Source of the DNA: an uncultured Aminicenantes bacterium
GTDB taxonomy: Bacteria > Acidobacteriota > Aminicenantia > UBA2199
Assembly: GCA_965195285.1 (NCBI GenBank)
Contig: CBDAFS010000009.1
Span: 28,860-92,859 of the forward strand
DNA length: 64,000 nucleotides
Direction: 5' to 3'
The notes beneath the pieces were generated by a model. It saw nothing but the letters and a program-made list of their open reading frames with translations. It was not told where the DNA came from and made no database searches. Positions 29,952 through 39,832 of this stretch are shown piece after piece. A program made the position numbers and the translations under genes. Every line of letters begins with the position of its first letter. Position 1 is the stretch's first letter.

Positions 29952-31082
29952 TTACTTCATTAGTTCAGACCGGGAAAAATTTCTTTTTAACTTGAATTCA
30001 TCCCAGTCAAAGGGGTATTGATTATCGATGATGATATCGGAAATATATTTTCCAATGGCCGGTGAAAACATGAATCCGTGTCCGCTCATTCCGGCAGCCA
30101 CATAGTATCCGGCAATATCTGTTTTATCAACGATGGGGCTGCCATCAGGTGTCATTGAATAACTACCACCCCAGTGTCTTAATACTTTTGCCTTGTTTAA
30201 TTCAGGTATTAATCGGATGGTTCGTTTTGACATTTCAATCAGGAATTCTTTGGATGAGCCGGTATCTGTTCCCGGTTGATTCGGTATCGGGGTATAGCAA
30301 CCGATAATCTGTCCGTTAATCAGTTGTTGAAAATAACATCCATCCGGGCGGTAGTCCACTATCATGGTTTCAAAAAGCCGTTCCTGCCTGTCGGTGATGA
30401 GAGCTTCGTGCTTTTCCGGGAATATAGGAAGCTCAACTCCGGCCATTTGACTGACTTCCCCTGCCCAGGGACCGGCAGCATTGATGACCGTATCCCCGAA
30501 GATCTTCTCTCCGCCTTTTAATATCACCCCCATTATCCTTTCCCCTTCAACAATCATTTCCGTGACCTCGACGAAAGATCTGATGACAGACTGGGCTTTT
30601 CGGATTTCCTGAATATACCCGGCAATGACCTTGAAGGGATAAGCCTGGCCGTCATCGGGAGAATAAACGCCTCCCAATAAGTTTTCGGGATTCAGGCAGG
30701 GGACGATTTCCAGACATTCTTGGATGGAAAGGATTCGAATATCAAGTCCCAGGGATTTTTGCAGCCGGGCCACGGTTTTGAATGAATCCAGATTGACCTG
30801 GCTGTAGGCCAGAAACAGGTAACCGCCTTGATAAAACTCTACTGAAAAACCGAATTCCTCTTCCATTTGTTGGAATTGTTTCATACTTTCCTGCATGAGT
30901 TTAATAGAGGCTTCGGTGGAAAATTGCTGTCTGATGCCTCCGATACAGCGGGTGGTGGATCCGGAACCGGGGAAATTTTTTTCCAGTACCAGTACCTTTT
31001 GGCCTCTTTTTGAGAGGTGAAAAGCAGCGGAGAGTCCAATGACACCACTTCCGATAATGATGGTGTCAAACGATTTGGTCAT
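29952..31082 (-). CDS. FAD-dependent oxidoreductase (sarcosine oxidase beta/proline dehydrogenase-like, DAO family)
   Basis: IIGSGVIG, GGIRQQF, NAAGPW, TPDGSP, GMSGHGFM. Confidence 0.85.
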   Translation of the reverse strand: MTKSFDTIIIGSGVIGLSAAFHLSKRGQKVLVLEKNFPGSGSTTRCIGGIRQQFSTEASIKLMQESMKQFQQMEEEFGFSVEFYQGGYLFLAYSQVNLDSFKTVARLQKSLGLDIRILSIQECLEIVPCLNPENLLGGVYSPDDGQAYPFKVIAGYIQEIRKAQSVIRSFVEVTEMIVEGERIMGVILKGGEKIFGDTVINAAGPWAGEVSQMAGVELPIFPEKHEALITDRQERLFETMIVDYRPDGCYFQQLINGQIIGCYTPIPNQPGTDTGSSKEFLIEMSKRTIRLIPELNKAKVLRHWGGSYSMTPDGSPIVDKTDIAGYYVAAGMSGHGFMFSPAIGKYISDIIIDNQYPFDWDEFKLKRNFSRSELMK

Positions 31083-31088
31083 TATGGA

Positions 31089-32237
31089 TTACAGCTTCAT
31101 TGAACCGAGTATTTCCAGTGAAATGACATGCCTCTGTATTTCGTTGGTTCCCTCATATATTTGCAGGAGTTTGGCATCGCGCATCATTTTTTCAACCGGA
31201 TATTCCTTCATATATCCATATCCTCCGAAAATCTGAACGGCATCGATCGAGACCTTCATGGCTACATCGGTGGCCACAATTTTGGCCATAGCCGATTCTT
31301 TGGAAGCCTTAAGATTGTTGTCCAGCATCCAGGCCGAGCGATAGACCAGCAACCGGGCCGCATCGATATCGGTTGCCATATCAGCAAGTTTGAAAGCATT
31401 GTGCTGAAAATGGGCAATGGGCTTGCCGAATTGTACCCGTTCCTGGGAATATTTTAAGGCTTCTTCATAGGCAGCCCGGGCCACACCCACTCCGCCGGCT
31501 CCGACCGCAGGCCTGGCATAATCAAGTGTTTTCAGGGCAATGATAAAGCCGAAACCTTCCCTCCGGAGCAGATTTTTAACCGGTACTTTTACTTCATCAA
31601 GATAAATTTCAGCCGTGTTGGAAGCGCGATGGCCCATTTTATTTTCATGTTTTCCAACCGAAACTCCGGGAAGATCCATGGGAATGATAAAGGCAGAAAG
31701 CCCCCGGGCTCCCCGGGTCTTGTCGGTACTGGCAAAAACAACCCCCAGATTGGCCACTCCGGCATTGGTAATGAAGGTTTTAGAACCATTTAAAATATAA
31801 AAATTACCGTCTTTTACCGCTGTAGTCTTCATGGCAGCGTTATCCGAGCCTGCTTCCCGTTCGGTCAATCCGAAACAAGCAAATTTCATTTCCGTGGTTA
31901 GTGGAGTCAGAAATTCCTTTTTTTGCTCATCGGTTCCGAATAAAACAATCGGAGTGGTGGCCAGGGTGTTGGCCATGATTGAGGTATACATTCCGGCGCA
32001 TCCCCAGGCCAGTTCTTCACATACGATCGCATTATCCATATTGGAAAAGCCTGCCCCTCCATACTCCAGGGGAATTCCTGATTTCAGGAATCCGATTCCT
32101 GCCGCTTTTTTCATCACTTCAACCGGAAATTCGTTTTTCTCATCATATTCTGCAGCCACCGGCCTGATTTCGTTGGCTGCGAACTGATGGGTCAGTTCTT
32201 TTAGCTCCAACTGATCTTCACTTAGTTTAAAATCCAT
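31089..32237 (-). CDS. Acyl-CoA dehydrogenase
   Basis: FGLTEREAGSD, GSKTFITN, RVQFGKPI, FGGYGY, IYEGTNEIQ. Confidence 0.93.
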   Translation of the reverse strand: MDFKLSEDQLELKELTHQFAANEIRPVAAEYDEKNEFPVEVMKKAAGIGFLKSGIPLEYGGAGFSNMDNAIVCEELAWGCAGMYTSIMANTLATTPIVLFGTDEQKKEFLTPLTTEMKFACFGLTEREAGSDNAAMKTTAVKDGNFYILNGSKTFITNAGVANLGVVFASTDKTRGARGLSAFIIPMDLPGVSVGKHENKMGHRASNTAEIYLDEVKVPVKNLLRREGFGFIIALKTLDYARPAVGAGGVGVARAAYEEALKYSQERVQFGKPIAHFQHNAFKLADMATDIDAARLLVYRSAWMLDNNLKASKESAMAKIVATDVAMKVSIDAVQIFGGYGYMKEYPVEKMMRDAKLLQIYEGTNEIQRHVISLEILGSMKL

Positions 32238-32249
32238 TTCCTACTTCTC

Positions 32250-34607
32250 CTAGAGTTTAATTTGTTTTATTTGATTTAATATTTCTTGAGCACTTTGATA
32301 ACGGTCTTCACGCTTCTTTTCCATGCATTTTTCTATAATTTCAATCAGTTTTTCGGGAACGTCATTCCGGATCTCTTTCAGGGAGGGAATCGGATCAAAT
32401 AAATGCTGATAAAAAATATTTTCACCCTTAAAGGGAACCTTACCGGTGATGAGATGGAATAGGGTAGCTCCGGTTGAGTAGATATCGGTCCGGTGGTCAA
32501 TTTTTATTCCCTGAATCTGTTCTGGAGACATGTAGTAGGGGGTTCCGGTTATGATACCGGTTTCACCTTTTTTATAATCCCCCCGGATGACAGCCAATCC
32601 GAAATCCATGATTTTAATTTCCTTCTGACGGGTAATCATAATATTATGGGGTTTGATATCCCGGTGGGTGATGCCTTTGCGATGGGAGTAATCGAGTGCT
32701 TTCAATATTTTAATGGCAATAAATAGGATCTGGGGGATGGAGAACTCTTTTTTTCTTCTGATCAGGGCCATGAAATTTTCACCCTCGATGAATTCCATGG
32801 AAATAAAATGATCTCCGTTTACCTGGCCGACATCATAAACGGTAACAATATTGGTGTGGGACAAAGAGGCTGTAGATCGGGCCTCGGTGTAGAATCGCTC
32901 CAAGCTGACCTTATCCTTGATGAGACTGGAGTTCAGAATTTTTAAGGCTACAATCCTCTGTAAAACCGTGTCTTCGGCTTTAAAAACCACTCCCATCCCG
33001 CCTTCGCCAACCTTTTTCAGCATTTTGTATCGTTGACCTGAATTTTCAGAAACCATTTCCATCTCTTTGTATTTCTTCATCAATTTTTCCACTTCCTGCA
33101 GTTTCTGATGAATGTCTTTGAATGAATAGTCTTCGGTCAAGATGCCCTGAAAAATTTCAAACGCCTTCTTGAAATTGCCGACATTTTCATAGGCCTGTCC
33201 CAGGGCATAGTACCATTCCAGATTTGACTTGTTTATGGGTTGATTCTGAAGGAGATTGCCGATTTTTTCAATAACCAGCTGGGGTTTTCTGTTTTTTAGA
33301 AAAAGCGAGGCCATCTGGGTAACTGCGGTTTCATAATCGGAAGAATTGCTTTTTACTTTTTGAAAATTGGCCAAAGCCCTTCGGTCATCATCCACTTTCA
33401 GGAATGAGATACCGGCATTGTAAAAGTCATCTGCCTTTTCAAATAGTTCGCCGGCTTTCTGGTATTTCTTATATTTCAATGAAATTTCCGCAGCATTCTT
33501 CCATTCCCTTCCCAGTTCGAACATTTTGGCTGCTTCCTCTTCATTGCTGGCTTTCAGGTAATTATCAGCGGCAGACAGATAATTCTGGTTCATAAAGTAA
33601 CAGTAAGCTGCCTTTTCAAAATTAGTGTCCCACTCAAATAATTCTGCAGCCCGGGTGTAATCCTGACCCTTGAGATACCATTCCGCGGCTTGAAGGGTGT
33701 CCCCTCTGGCAAAGGCATCCTCACCTCTCAATTGATATGCGATTTTTGATTGGTCGATTTTTTCATAAATCTCAGCGGCCTTGATGGGAAGCTGGGCTTT
33801 TTCAAAAAACTGGGCAGCCTCCTCAAGTTTTCCGATTTTCAATGCCAGTTCTGCCGCTTTTTCGAATTTATTGTGCTTTTTTAACAGGGTATAAGCATGT
33901 TCGTTTTCATTGATCTTGATATAAAGTTCAACGGCTTTGAAGAGATCTTCTTCAAGTTGACTGGTATTCTGGTATCCTACTGCGGTATCGGCATTGGTTA
34001 AAAACCATTTTTCAAAATTTTGGGCGGCTTTTTTTAAGTTACCGGATTTTTCATAGACATATGCGGCTTTTTTATAAAACCCCTTTTTCTCATATATCTG
34101 GGCGGCTCTTTCGTAACGTTCATAGTTGTAATACAGTTCCGCTGCTTCCTGAAAACGGTTGTTGTTTTCCAGAAGATTTCCGGCGGCTTCTATATTTTTT
34201 CTTCTTATATATAATTTAATAATTCCGTCAATATTGCCGCTATTCTTGAAGACTTCAATGGCCTGGGTTTCTTTCTTGAGCTTCAGATACAGGTCGCCCA
34301 TCAGGTTGAATTCCTGGCCAGCCTCATAGGTTTTCAAGGCCCTTTTATAATCTCCGATTTCTTCGAATATTTTTCCGGCTCTGGCAAACATACCCCGTTT
34401 TAGGGCCTTTTTGGCCTGTTTGATCAGGTAAGATTTCTTGAACAGTATTGAATAAACGGTATCCACAAAAGATTTGTCCTGGATATTCAATACCTTGGAG
34501 ACCTTTAAAATCTCATAAACAATTTTCAATACGATGACGATGATTAGGGAAATGGCGAATAATTTGATAGTGGGATTATCGTTCAGAAAATCGATAATTA
34601 TATCCAT
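32250..34607 (-). CDS. Membrane-anchored TPR-repeat Hanks-type Ser/Thr protein kinase
   Basis: N-terminal TM, long AA..Y/F helical repeats, then GEGGMG, VALK, HRDIKPHN, DFG, GTPYYMSPEQ. Confidence 0.9.
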   Translation of the reverse strand: MDIIIDFLNDNPTIKLFAISLIIVIVLKIVYEILKVSKVLNIQDKSFVDTVYSILFKKSYLIKQAKKALKRGMFARAGKIFEEIGDYKRALKTYEAGQEFNLMGDLYLKLKKETQAIEVFKNSGNIDGIIKLYIRRKNIEAAGNLLENNNRFQEAAELYYNYERYERAAQIYEKKGFYKKAAYVYEKSGNLKKAAQNFEKWFLTNADTAVGYQNTSQLEEDLFKAVELYIKINENEHAYTLLKKHNKFEKAAELALKIGKLEEAAQFFEKAQLPIKAAEIYEKIDQSKIAYQLRGEDAFARGDTLQAAEWYLKGQDYTRAAELFEWDTNFEKAAYCYFMNQNYLSAADNYLKASNEEEAAKMFELGREWKNAAEISLKYKKYQKAGELFEKADDFYNAGISFLKVDDDRRALANFQKVKSNSSDYETAVTQMASLFLKNRKPQLVIEKIGNLLQNQPINKSNLEWYYALGQAYENVGNFKKAFEIFQGILTEDYSFKDIHQKLQEVEKLMKKYKEMEMVSENSGQRYKMLKKVGEGGMGVVFKAEDTVLQRIVALKILNSSLIKDKVSLERFYTEARSTASLSHTNIVTVYDVGQVNGDHFISMEFIEGENFMALIRRKKEFSIPQILFIAIKILKALDYSHRKGITHRDIKPHNIMITRQKEIKIMDFGLAVIRGDYKKGETGIITGTPYYMSPEQIQGIKIDHRTDIYSTGATLFHLITGKVPFKGENIFYQHLFDPIPSLKEIRNDVPEKLIEIIEKCMEKKREDRYQSAQEILNQIKQIKL

Positions 34608-34622
34608 TGAAGTTCTTTGGAA

Positions 34623-34651
34623 AGTATATCAAATATAAGGGAAAAAATCAA
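34623..34651 (-). promoter_or_regulatory. Putative sigma70 promoter for the kinase
   Basis: TTGATT-17-TATACT with TGn extension on the minus strand. Confidence 0.5.
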
Positions 34652-34671
34652 TTTTACATTTTTTCGTTTGA

Positions 34672-34700
34672 TTGACAATAATTGGTTTAGTCTATATAAT
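34672..34700 (+). promoter_or_regulatory. Consensus sigma70 promoter for the clp-lpxC pair
   Basis: Exact TTGACA-17 bp-TATAAT. Confidence 0.75.
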
Positions 34701-34825
34701 GTCTCCAGTCAGTATGGCATAAATGAAATTTAAATAATCTGATAATTTTACTGAAATGTTTGCTACTGTTGATGAAATGATATCGAACATTTTTTATTAA
34801 GATCGAATTTCCTGAACTGGTAGAA

Positions 34826-37765
34826 ATGAATATACAATTTGAGAGTTTGACCAAAATCAAATCCATCCTGAATCTGGTATTTCCCAAATCGGATTTCAAT
34901 AAATTCAACCTGAACAAGTCCAATTCCCAAGACCTGGTTTCCTACCTGATCTTTTTGACCGATGCCCTGCTTAAATCGGAAAATTTATATCACAAGAGAA
35001 ATCTCATGCAGGTGAATGGGGATTCCATTATTCAGCAGAGCTTGATACCGGTCATGAATCATATCGGTATCCATTTGAATCAATTCAATACCCGGATATT
35101 TGACTTTTCCAAAACAGAACGTCAGACCTTTATCTTTATCATTGATAACCTGATCGATTACCATAAGAATCTTGAATTCTTTTCCGATAAAAAAGGAAAA
35201 AAGGATATCTATTCTGAATATAAATTCTGGATTGAAAATTTTTTTAAAATTTTTGATCAGAAAATCAATGGTTCATTTGAACGAAAAAAACGTTCTGGAG
35301 AGTCAGGGGGATATGAATTATTTTTTACCAATGCAGAGATCAGATTGCCCCTTTCTCCCTTCATTATAGGTGAACAGAAAACCTGGTTTTTACTCCAGGG
35401 TATCACCGAAGAAAGACTGCTGTACCGGGATATTCAGCAGGACAAATCAATTGTTGTCGAAAATGAATTGCTGGATACCAAGCTGGTAGAATTTTTCATC
35501 TCCAATCTTGATTTTAAAAATTTGAAATCAATCAGTGGTCGTAGCGCTGACCAGCAAAACATTTATTTGGTGCATGCCGATGTGATTGAAAACATTGTGA
35601 ATTCTTACCGGAAAAAACTATATGGGGTTTGTTTGAATCTGTTTAAAGAACTTGAAATTGATAAATTGAACCTTCCCCTGTTGTATGTCATCAAGATAAA
35701 AAGTTTGCTTAAACTTGACCGTATCTTTGATACCAAGCGTTTATTGCAGAAGTTTATTCTCTTGTATCCCTACTATTCAACAGGTTATAAAATTCTGGGG
35801 GATGTTTATCTGAAAGAAGAGAATCATGAACTGGCCCATAATTCATATGTCAAGGCATTAAACATCACCCAAAACAAGAAACTGACAGAAAAATTAAAAG
35901 CCATCAAGGAAGAGATCGAAAAAGGTAAACGAAAAACCGAATCTTCCCGGGGTGATATGTTTTATGATATAACCGAAATGATACTGGAACATAAAGAAGT
36001 CATCATCTCCCGGGAAAGAGAATTCCGCCAGATGGTAGAAGTACTCATCTCTCAGTCCCGGTCAAATCTGATTTTAATTGGCGATAGTGGGGTGGGGAAA
36101 ACCGCCTTGATTCGATTTCTGGCTCAAAAGATATTGGATGGAAAAGTTCCCTCGGCCCTGAGAGAGAAAAAAATAAAGGAGATCAATTTTGTGGCCCTAC
36201 TAACCGGTTCAAAGTACAGAGGGCAATTTGAAGAAAAGGCCTTGAAAATCCTGAATGACTTCAAATTTCAAAATGCCATCCTGATTTTGGAAGATATTCA
36301 TTTAATGATGTCATCCGGTACCACCCGTGGCACATCGCTCGACCTGGTCAATATCTTAAAACAGTTTTTAAGAGAACAATCCATTCAGGTTATCGCTACA
36401 ACCAGCTATGATGAGTATAAGAATACGGTGGAGAAGGACAATTCCCTGCTGGGGTTTTTCCAGAAGCTCACTGTTAACGAACTTTCCACCGATGATACCC
36501 GGGTCATTCTGGGAAATTTGGCCAAAGCGGTCTTGGAAAGAGAGAACATATGTGTCCCAGAAGACATTATCACGGATATAGTTGAAAGTGCCAAGCGAAA
36601 CATCAAGGAAAAAAAATTGCCTGACGGGGCCATCATGATTTTGGATAGGGCGGTATCCAAACTGAAATTGAAAAACAGCCTGGAAACCGTGCAGAGATCA
36701 GAACTGATCCAGGCTGATATCCTGGAAGTGCTTTCCGACATCCTGAATCTTCCGGAAACCAATATTTCCGTCACCTTAAAAAGCAGGCTGGCTGGCTTGA
36801 AGCAATATATGGAATCAAATATTGTGGGACAGACCAGAGCCATTGACCGGATCGTCTCTTCGGTTTTAACCTCCAAATTGAATTTGGATATTAAAAACAG
36901 CCGGCCTGACGGGGTCTTTCTTTTTATTGGGCCCACCGGTGTGGGAAAAACAGAAATGGCTATTGCCCTGGCCAAAGCCCTTTATGGTTCCGAAGATTAC
37001 CTGATCCGGATCGATATGTCCGAATATATGGAAAAATTTACCTATTCCCGATTTATCGGGGCCGCGCCGGGGTATGTGGGCTATTACGATACCAATCAGC
37101 TAACCGATAAAATTCGTCAAAATCCGTTCTCCGTTATACTGCTTGATGAATTTGAAAAAGCCGATATCCAGTTATTGAATATCTTTTTGCAGGTTTTTGA
37201 TGCCGGGCGATTAACCGATGCCCGGGGAAATGTGGTGGACTTTTCCCACTCGACCATCATTATGACCTCCAACATCGGGACCTCTTTGTTTTCGAAAACC
37301 CAGATGGGATATCAAAGTGATCTGGATGGGAACCGCGTGTCCCGGGGTGCGCTGGTAAAATCCCTGAAACGCTTTTTTTCACCTGAATTTTTAAACCGGA
37401 TTGATGAGATAGTGGTTTTTAATCATCTTGAAGCGGAAGATATTAAAAAAATCATCGAGATCCAGCTGGGTGAAGTGAAGCATAATATTGAAAAACAGGG
37501 CAAAGAGCTGGTTATTCAGGAAGAGGTTTTTGATTTTATTATCCAGAAATATTATTCAAAGGAATATGGGGCCAGAAATATTTCCCGGGCATTGAAGACT
37601 GAAATACTGGAAAAAATTGCCGACTATTCCCTGACCTCAGAATGGAATGAGACCGGTGTCATTATATGTGCTATGAACAACCAGCAAGTTGACATACAGC
37701 TGGAAGTAGCCGGTACTGCTTCAATAGGAAAGGAAGTGCTCCTTGAAAAGTTCGATGGAAAGTGA
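34826..37765 (+). CDS. ClpA/ClpC-like two-module AAA+ ATPase with atypical N-terminal region containing TPR-like helices
   Basis: GDSGVGKT, GSKYRGQFEE; GPTGVGKTE, RIDMSEY, GAAPGYVGY, LLDEFEKA, PEFLNRID, YGARN. Confidence 0.87.
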   Translation: MNIQFESLTKIKSILNLVFPKSDFNKFNLNKSNSQDLVSYLIFLTDALLKSENLYHKRNLMQVNGDSIIQQSLIPVMNHIGIHLNQFNTRIFDFSKTERQTFIFIIDNLIDYHKNLEFFSDKKGKKDIYSEYKFWIENFFKIFDQKINGSFERKKRSGESGGYELFFTNAEIRLPLSPFIIGEQKTWFLLQGITEERLLYRDIQQDKSIVVENELLDTKLVEFFISNLDFKNLKSISGRSADQQNIYLVHADVIENIVNSYRKKLYGVCLNLFKELEIDKLNLPLLYVIKIKSLLKLDRIFDTKRLLQKFILLYPYYSTGYKILGDVYLKEENHELAHNSYVKALNITQNKKLTEKLKAIKEEIEKGKRKTESSRGDMFYDITEMILEHKEVIISREREFRQMVEVLISQSRSNLILIGDSGVGKTALIRFLAQKILDGKVPSALREKKIKEINFVALLTGSKYRGQFEEKALKILNDFKFQNAILILEDIHLMMSSGTTRGTSLDLVNILKQFLREQSIQVIATTSYDEYKNTVEKDNSLLGFFQKLTVNELSTDDTRVILGNLAKAVLERENICVPEDIITDIVESAKRNIKEKKLPDGAIMILDRAVSKLKLKNSLETVQRSELIQADILEVLSDILNLPETNISVTLKSRLAGLKQYMESNIVGQTRAIDRIVSSVLTSKLNLDIKNSRPDGVFLFIGPTGVGKTEMAIALAKALYGSEDYLIRIDMSEYMEKFTYSRFIGAAPGYVGYYDTNQLTDKIRQNPFSVILLDEFEKADIQLLNIFLQVFDAGRLTDARGNVVDFSHSTIIMTSNIGTSLFSKTQMGYQSDLDGNRVSRGALVKSLKRFFSPEFLNRIDEIVVFNHLEAEDIKKIIEIQLGEVKHNIEKQGKELVIQEEVFDFIIQKYYSKEYGARNISRALKTEILEKIADYSLTSEWNETGVIICAMNNQQVDIQLEVAGTASIGKEVLLEKFDGK

Positions 37766-39104
37766 AAAAAAAATGCAGAAAGTACTCATAATCGATGATG
37801 AAAAGAATATTCAGGCATCTCTGGCTTCGGTTATTGAAGATGAAGGTTTCAAGGTTTTTTTCTCAACCTCTGGTGAAGAGGGAGTGGAAAAATTTAAAAA
37901 CATTAGACCCGATGTCACTTTCGTGGACATATGGCTTCCGGGAATTGATGGCCTGGAAACCATGAGGAGAATTCTGGAGGTTGATCCGGTTCAGATTATC
38001 ATTATGATCTCGGGTCATGGCAGTATCACCACAGCAGTAAGAGCACTCAAAGAGGGAGCCTATGACTTTATGGAAAAACCTTTGAGTATTGATAAAGTGA
38101 TATTCGCCTTACAACGGGGCCTTGAGTATAAGAAAATTTTAGAGGAAAATCGGATGTTGAAGTCCATGTTATCGGATAATCGCGAAAACGATCCCAGTAT
38201 TCAGAAGATTGTGAAGAGAGAAAGTACCGGTAGAATTGAATTTGAAATCGGAGACGTCGAATATTCCAGGAAACAAAAAACCATTCGCAAGGATAATATT
38301 TTTTACGGAATCGGGTTGCACTCCGGACAAAAAACCGGTATGTCCCTAAAGCCTCTGCCTGACGGGAAGGGTATCCGTTTTGAGAACATCACCGAAGTGG
38401 GATATGTCCCTGCCCGGATAGAATATATTGATACTACCAATTATGCCACTTCGGTGCGAAAAGATATTCTTGAGGCCAAAACAATTGAACACTTTATGGC
38501 TGCCCTGCATGCATTCGGTATTACCAATATTTCAATCAAAATCAATAAAGAAGTTCCCACCGGGGATGGATCGGCCAGTGTCTTTTGTGATCTGATACGG
38601 AAAAGCGGTGTGGTGGAGCAGAATGAATTCATAACTGACATAATTATTGATAGGCCCTTGGTTATCGGGAATGAAAAAGGTGGTGGTAAATTCATTCGGG
38701 TAGATCCTGCAGACATTTTTACGGTGAATTATACAGCTGAATTCCCGGAACCGATGGGAAAAATGAGTTATGAGTTTGTCATGCATTCCCCTGAGGATTT
38801 TGAAAGGGAAATTGCCCCGGCCAGGACCTTCGGGTTTGTTGAAGAGATCAATAAGATGTCTCAGATGGGACTGGCGGAGGGCGGACGAATCAATAATTTC
38901 ATATTAATTGATAAAGGCCGGGTCTTGAATACCGAATTACGTTTCAAGGATGAACTGGTCAGGCATAAGATCCTGGATGTTATCGGAGATTTTTATCTTC
39001 TGGGCAGGTCCATCCGGGGGAAAATAACCGCCTTCAAGACAGGCCATTCTGATAACATCCAGATGGTGAATTTAATCAAAGAAAAATTTTTAACTCAGCA
39101 ATAA
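37755..39104 (+). CDS. lpxC: Receiver (REC) domain fused to UDP-3-O-acyl-GlcNAc deacetylase
   Basis: IIDDE, VDIWLP, SGH, EKP; then KQKT, GIGLHSG, TIEHFMAAL, EVP.GDGS, ARTFGF, RHKILD, GH. Confidence 0.9.
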   Translation: MESEKKMQKVLIIDDEKNIQASLASVIEDEGFKVFFSTSGEEGVEKFKNIRPDVTFVDIWLPGIDGLETMRRILEVDPVQIIIMISGHGSITTAVRALKEGAYDFMEKPLSIDKVIFALQRGLEYKKILEENRMLKSMLSDNRENDPSIQKIVKRESTGRIEFEIGDVEYSRKQKTIRKDNIFYGIGLHSGQKTGMSLKPLPDGKGIRFENITEVGYVPARIEYIDTTNYATSVRKDILEAKTIEHFMAALHAFGITNISIKINKEVPTGDGSASVFCDLIRKSGVVEQNEFITDIIIDRPLVIGNEKGGGKFIRVDPADIFTVNYTAEFPEPMGKMSYEFVMHSPEDFEREIAPARTFGFVEEINKMSQMGLAEGGRINNFILIDKGRVLNTELRFKDELVRHKILDVIGDFYLLGRSIRGKITAFKTGHSDNIQMVNLIKEKFLTQQ

Positions 39105-39133
39105 TTTATTCATTCAATCCTTAGAGAAGGGCT

Positions 39134-39436
39134 TTAGGTATCCAAGGCTACAATATCTGAAAAAATTTTGGATAATTTTTCAAAATCATGGAATTTATCG
39201 GTGCTGAAATGAATCCCCTTTTTGGTGGGTTTCCAGGCCCCGGATTGATCCTGAAACCAGGTTCTGATATCGATATATTTTCTGCCTCTGAAATTTGAGA
39301 TTGAAAAAATCAGTTTCTGAGTTGCTGTCAGTTCGATATGACCGAGGTTAACCAGGTCTTCGGTGTCATTGACAAAGTCCGGTTTTTCCAGTTGTAAGTC
39401 GGTTTCAATTTTTTTCTTTAATTCGGAAAATTCCAT
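39134..39436 (-). CDS. PC4/YdbC-family single-stranded DNA-binding protein
   Basis: FRGRKYIDIRTWF...WKPTKKGI. Confidence 0.8.
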   Translation of the reverse strand: MEFSELKKKIETDLQLEKPDFVNDTEDLVNLGHIELTATQKLIFSISNFRGRKYIDIRTWFQDQSGAWKPTKKGIHFSTDKFHDFEKLSKIFSDIVALDT

Positions 39437-39475
39437 ATTTACTCCTTTTATAGGCCGCTGTTTTAGGCGGTAAAT

Positions 39476-39727
39476 TTATTTTTGTCGATCCAGGGATTTT
39501 TTAAATATATCTTCTGCTTTTTTTTTTTTCTCCTTCTCCAATTCTTTGGCCAGGACAAATCGTTCATCGGCTTTCTCTTTTTTTTCCTTTTCCTTTTTCA
39601 ATAACGAATCAAAGGACTCAAAATTTTTTTTTTTGGTTTTTTCATGTTGAATTACGGTTTTCTTTTCGGAATCTACCCAGAGGTTGGAATGGCAATGCGG
39701 GCATTCAATTTCAATTAGTTTTGACAT
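39476..39727 (-). CDS. Small CxxC protein with Lys/Glu-rich coiled coil
   Basis: IECPHCHSNLWVD then a charged helix; promoter-like sequence directly upstream. Confidence 0.65.
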   Translation of the reverse strand: MSKLIEIECPHCHSNLWVDSEKKTVIQHEKTKKKNFESFDSLLKKEKEKKEKADERFVLAKELEKEKKKKAEDIFKKSLDRQK

Positions 39728-39832
39728 GCCTTGATTTTAATATATTTGTTCGGAAATTTCAATAACCATGAAAAAAAGGGACTCCGAAATTTGGAAAGCG
39801 GAACGATGTCAGGATGAATTTTGATGTTTGGG

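Noticed and set aside
39510-39640. Long A/T homopolymers as phase-variation tracts
   Set aside because: They encode in-frame Lys runs in an uninterrupted ORF.
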